Assembly: GCA_964399335.1 (NCBI GenBank)
Contig: CAYNQI010000003.1
Coordinates: 1 to 55,350 of the forward strand
Origin: an uncultured Thermoplasmata archaeon
GTDB taxonomy: Archaea; Thermoplasmatota; Thermoplasmata; Halarchaeoplasmatales; Halarchaeoplasmataceae
DNA length: 55,350 nucleotides
Reading direction: 5' to 3'
Below the pieces are notes generated by a model. That model was not told the origin of the DNA, made no database searches, and saw only the letters and a list, made by a program, of their open reading frames with translations. This document shows, in pieces, positions 53,728 through 55,350 of the stretch (its first letter is position 1; every line of letters begins with the position of its first letter). The position numbers and the translations under genes are program-made.

Positions 53728-55275
53728 ATGATAAGACGTTACCGAGGTCCTAAGCGAGCTAGTAAGACTGAACAGAAGAAGTTGGTTCAGAACGCAAAAG
53801 AGCTTCAGAAAGATCCCATGAAGGTCGTTCCGGAATGTAAAGGCAGCTGCTTTTTATGTAAATTTGGAAGGGTTAAAAGGAAAGTTAAAAAGATCGAGAA
53901 ATACAAGGATGATGAGGAAGCTTTGAAGAAGTACTCTAAAAGTGGTCCAGATTTATCCAAAGCCTTGGCTGGAACTTTGCTTTTAGCCATCGCCGGCAAA
54001 GCTCCACGATTGGGAACGGCTAGAACTCCTAAGGGAGAAGTTTCTTACGCGAAAAGAGGTTCGGCTAAAAGTAAGAGGCTGATCGGTTTACAGCATTTTG
54101 ACGATCCAAATCTTAGATTGATAGCATATACTAAGGAAGCAAAGAAAGGATATTACCTATATTCAGTTGGAGATAGGGTCGTTTGTACTGGTAAAAAGGA
54201 TGATCCTCCTGAAAAATTCGTAAAGGAAAGTATCACTAACAGTTCTTACGGATTTAAATATGAAAAAAATGTTTATTACTGTAACAGATTTTCTAAAGAT
54301 AGAGATAACACATACTTTGAACTTAAATGGGAATCTGCGGATAAACGTTTTATCATCGATTCTAGATGTGCAAAAAGCGATTCTAATCTATTCATGGAAC
54401 TTGTTAATGGTATGATCTCCAAAGATAATTCTAAATCCTTCAAAATAAAAGCTGAGTACAAGATGGATTGTAGAACTGATTGTAAAAATTGTAGATTTGG
54501 CGGAGATATTAATGTCGATTCAGATCTGAAGGATGATTATTTCAGCGGAAAGATGTCCGACGACAAATTAATCGAATTGTTCGAAAAAGATTCGTTCAAC
54601 TCAGTGAAAAGGAAAGAAAATGTCTATGCGATCGGAAATAGGTGTTACGGAAAGGATTTAGTTGGATTTTTAAAGGAATTGAGATACGAAGATCACGAAA
54701 AACCTGCTATACAAGCCGCAGTAAAGGGAACTGATGGATTGGTACTGGAGAATGGGACAGTAAACGAATTTTTTTCTAAATTATGGGATAGGAAAGGAAT
54801 GGAAGCGATAAATTCATTGATCCATGATAAAAAAACATCAAAAGAGTTGTATGAAAAATACGATTTAGATAAAACTCATCCTAGAGAGATATTGAAGAAG
54901 GCGTTGAAGATCAAACAGAAAAATGAGAAACTATCGAACCTCCCAGAATTTAAAAAACTTCCACCAAAGGCAAAATTAGCCGATGAATTAGCTAAAACAT
55001 ATAAGATCGAGGGCAGAGAAAGCGCAGTAAAGAAACTAGAGGATATTAAGATTGACGATACAAGGACGAGATCTTTAGCATACGGTTTTATGAAGGCCTT
55101 GGGTGAAGGAGATTCCCTTCGATGGAAGTACAGTGAAAGCGAAGTCGAATCTGGAGAATTTATGGAAGGGTATATCGAAACTTTATTAGAAGCTGATGGA
55201 AAAGAGTACGCCCGTGCACTTAAAAATCTTTTAAAGATAAGTGGGTCTACCAAAGAGATCGAAGTGAAAGAATAA
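53728..55275 (+). CDS. Hypothetical basic protein with two CX3CX2C motifs
   Basis: CKGSCFLC and CRTDCKNC in a 515-aa ORF; SD GAGGT upstream. Confidence 0.75.
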   Translation: MIRRYRGPKRASKTEQKKLVQNAKELQKDPMKVVPECKGSCFLCKFGRVKRKVKKIEKYKDDEEALKKYSKSGPDLSKALAGTLLLAIAGKAPRLGTARTPKGEVSYAKRGSAKSKRLIGLQHFDDPNLRLIAYTKEAKKGYYLYSVGDRVVCTGKKDDPPEKFVKESITNSSYGFKYEKNVYYCNRFSKDRDNTYFELKWESADKRFIIDSRCAKSDSNLFMELVNGMISKDNSKSFKIKAEYKMDCRTDCKNCRFGGDINVDSDLKDDYFSGKMSDDKLIELFEKDSFNSVKRKENVYAIGNRCYGKDLVGFLKELRYEDHEKPAIQAAVKGTDGLVLENGTVNEFFSKLWDRKGMEAINSLIHDKKTSKELYEKYDLDKTHPREILKKALKIKQKNEKLSNLPEFKKLPPKAKLADELAKTYKIEGRESAVKKLEDIKIDDTRTRSLAYGFMKALGEGDSLRWKYSESEVESGEFMEGYIETLLEADGKEYARALKNLLKISGSTKEIEVKE

Positions 55276-55317
55276 TCCAAAATATTTATATAGACAATTG
55301 AAGAATGAGAACTTAAT

Positions 55318-55350
55318 ATGTCAGCAAAGAAACAGGGTGGCGGTGGTTTT
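55318..55350 (+). CDS. Probable Sec61beta (SecG) N-terminus, partial
   Basis: MSAKKQGGGGF after TATA TTTATATA; matches the archaeal Sec61beta K-rich, Gly-rich start. Confidence 0.55.
   Translation, partial: MSAKKQGGGGF

Overview
This window is chromosomal DNA from an archaeon, most likely a halophilic member of Thermoplasmata. This is inferred from the acidic proteins, a stand-alone 16S rRNA gene, the Thermoplasmata-like helix 45 and the gene content. The housekeeping genes cover purine salvage, the riboflavin operon ribB-ribL-ribC-ribH, radA, archease, rnhB, truD, rpoL, thiC, hypF, both RFC subunits, tyw1 and a partial Sec61beta. There is also a complete archaellum cluster (arlB-arlC/D/E-F-G-H-I-J) with no che genes, and three very large surface proteins. 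I saw no CRISPR array, tRNA, IS element or intein. The strongest signals that the ORF track misses are these: (1) a ~68-nt GC-rich hairpin RNA downstream of radA, with its own promoter and terminator and a loop of repeated UCCC/anti-SD motifs; (2) a riboswitch-like leader with an anti-SD/SD pseudoknot ahead of a Na+:solute symporter operon; (3) a box C/D guide RNA whose D guide fits C34 of a tRNA-Leu(CAA); (4) a ubiquitin-like SAMP/MoaD gene divergent from an HTH / Sm-like / wHTH operon whose products end in proteasome-docking HbYX-like tails; (5) an apparent AUU start codon for arlG; and (6) a DUF835 protein and a giant Ig-repeat protein attached to the archaellum operon. All domain calls come from motif recognition by eye; no searches were run.
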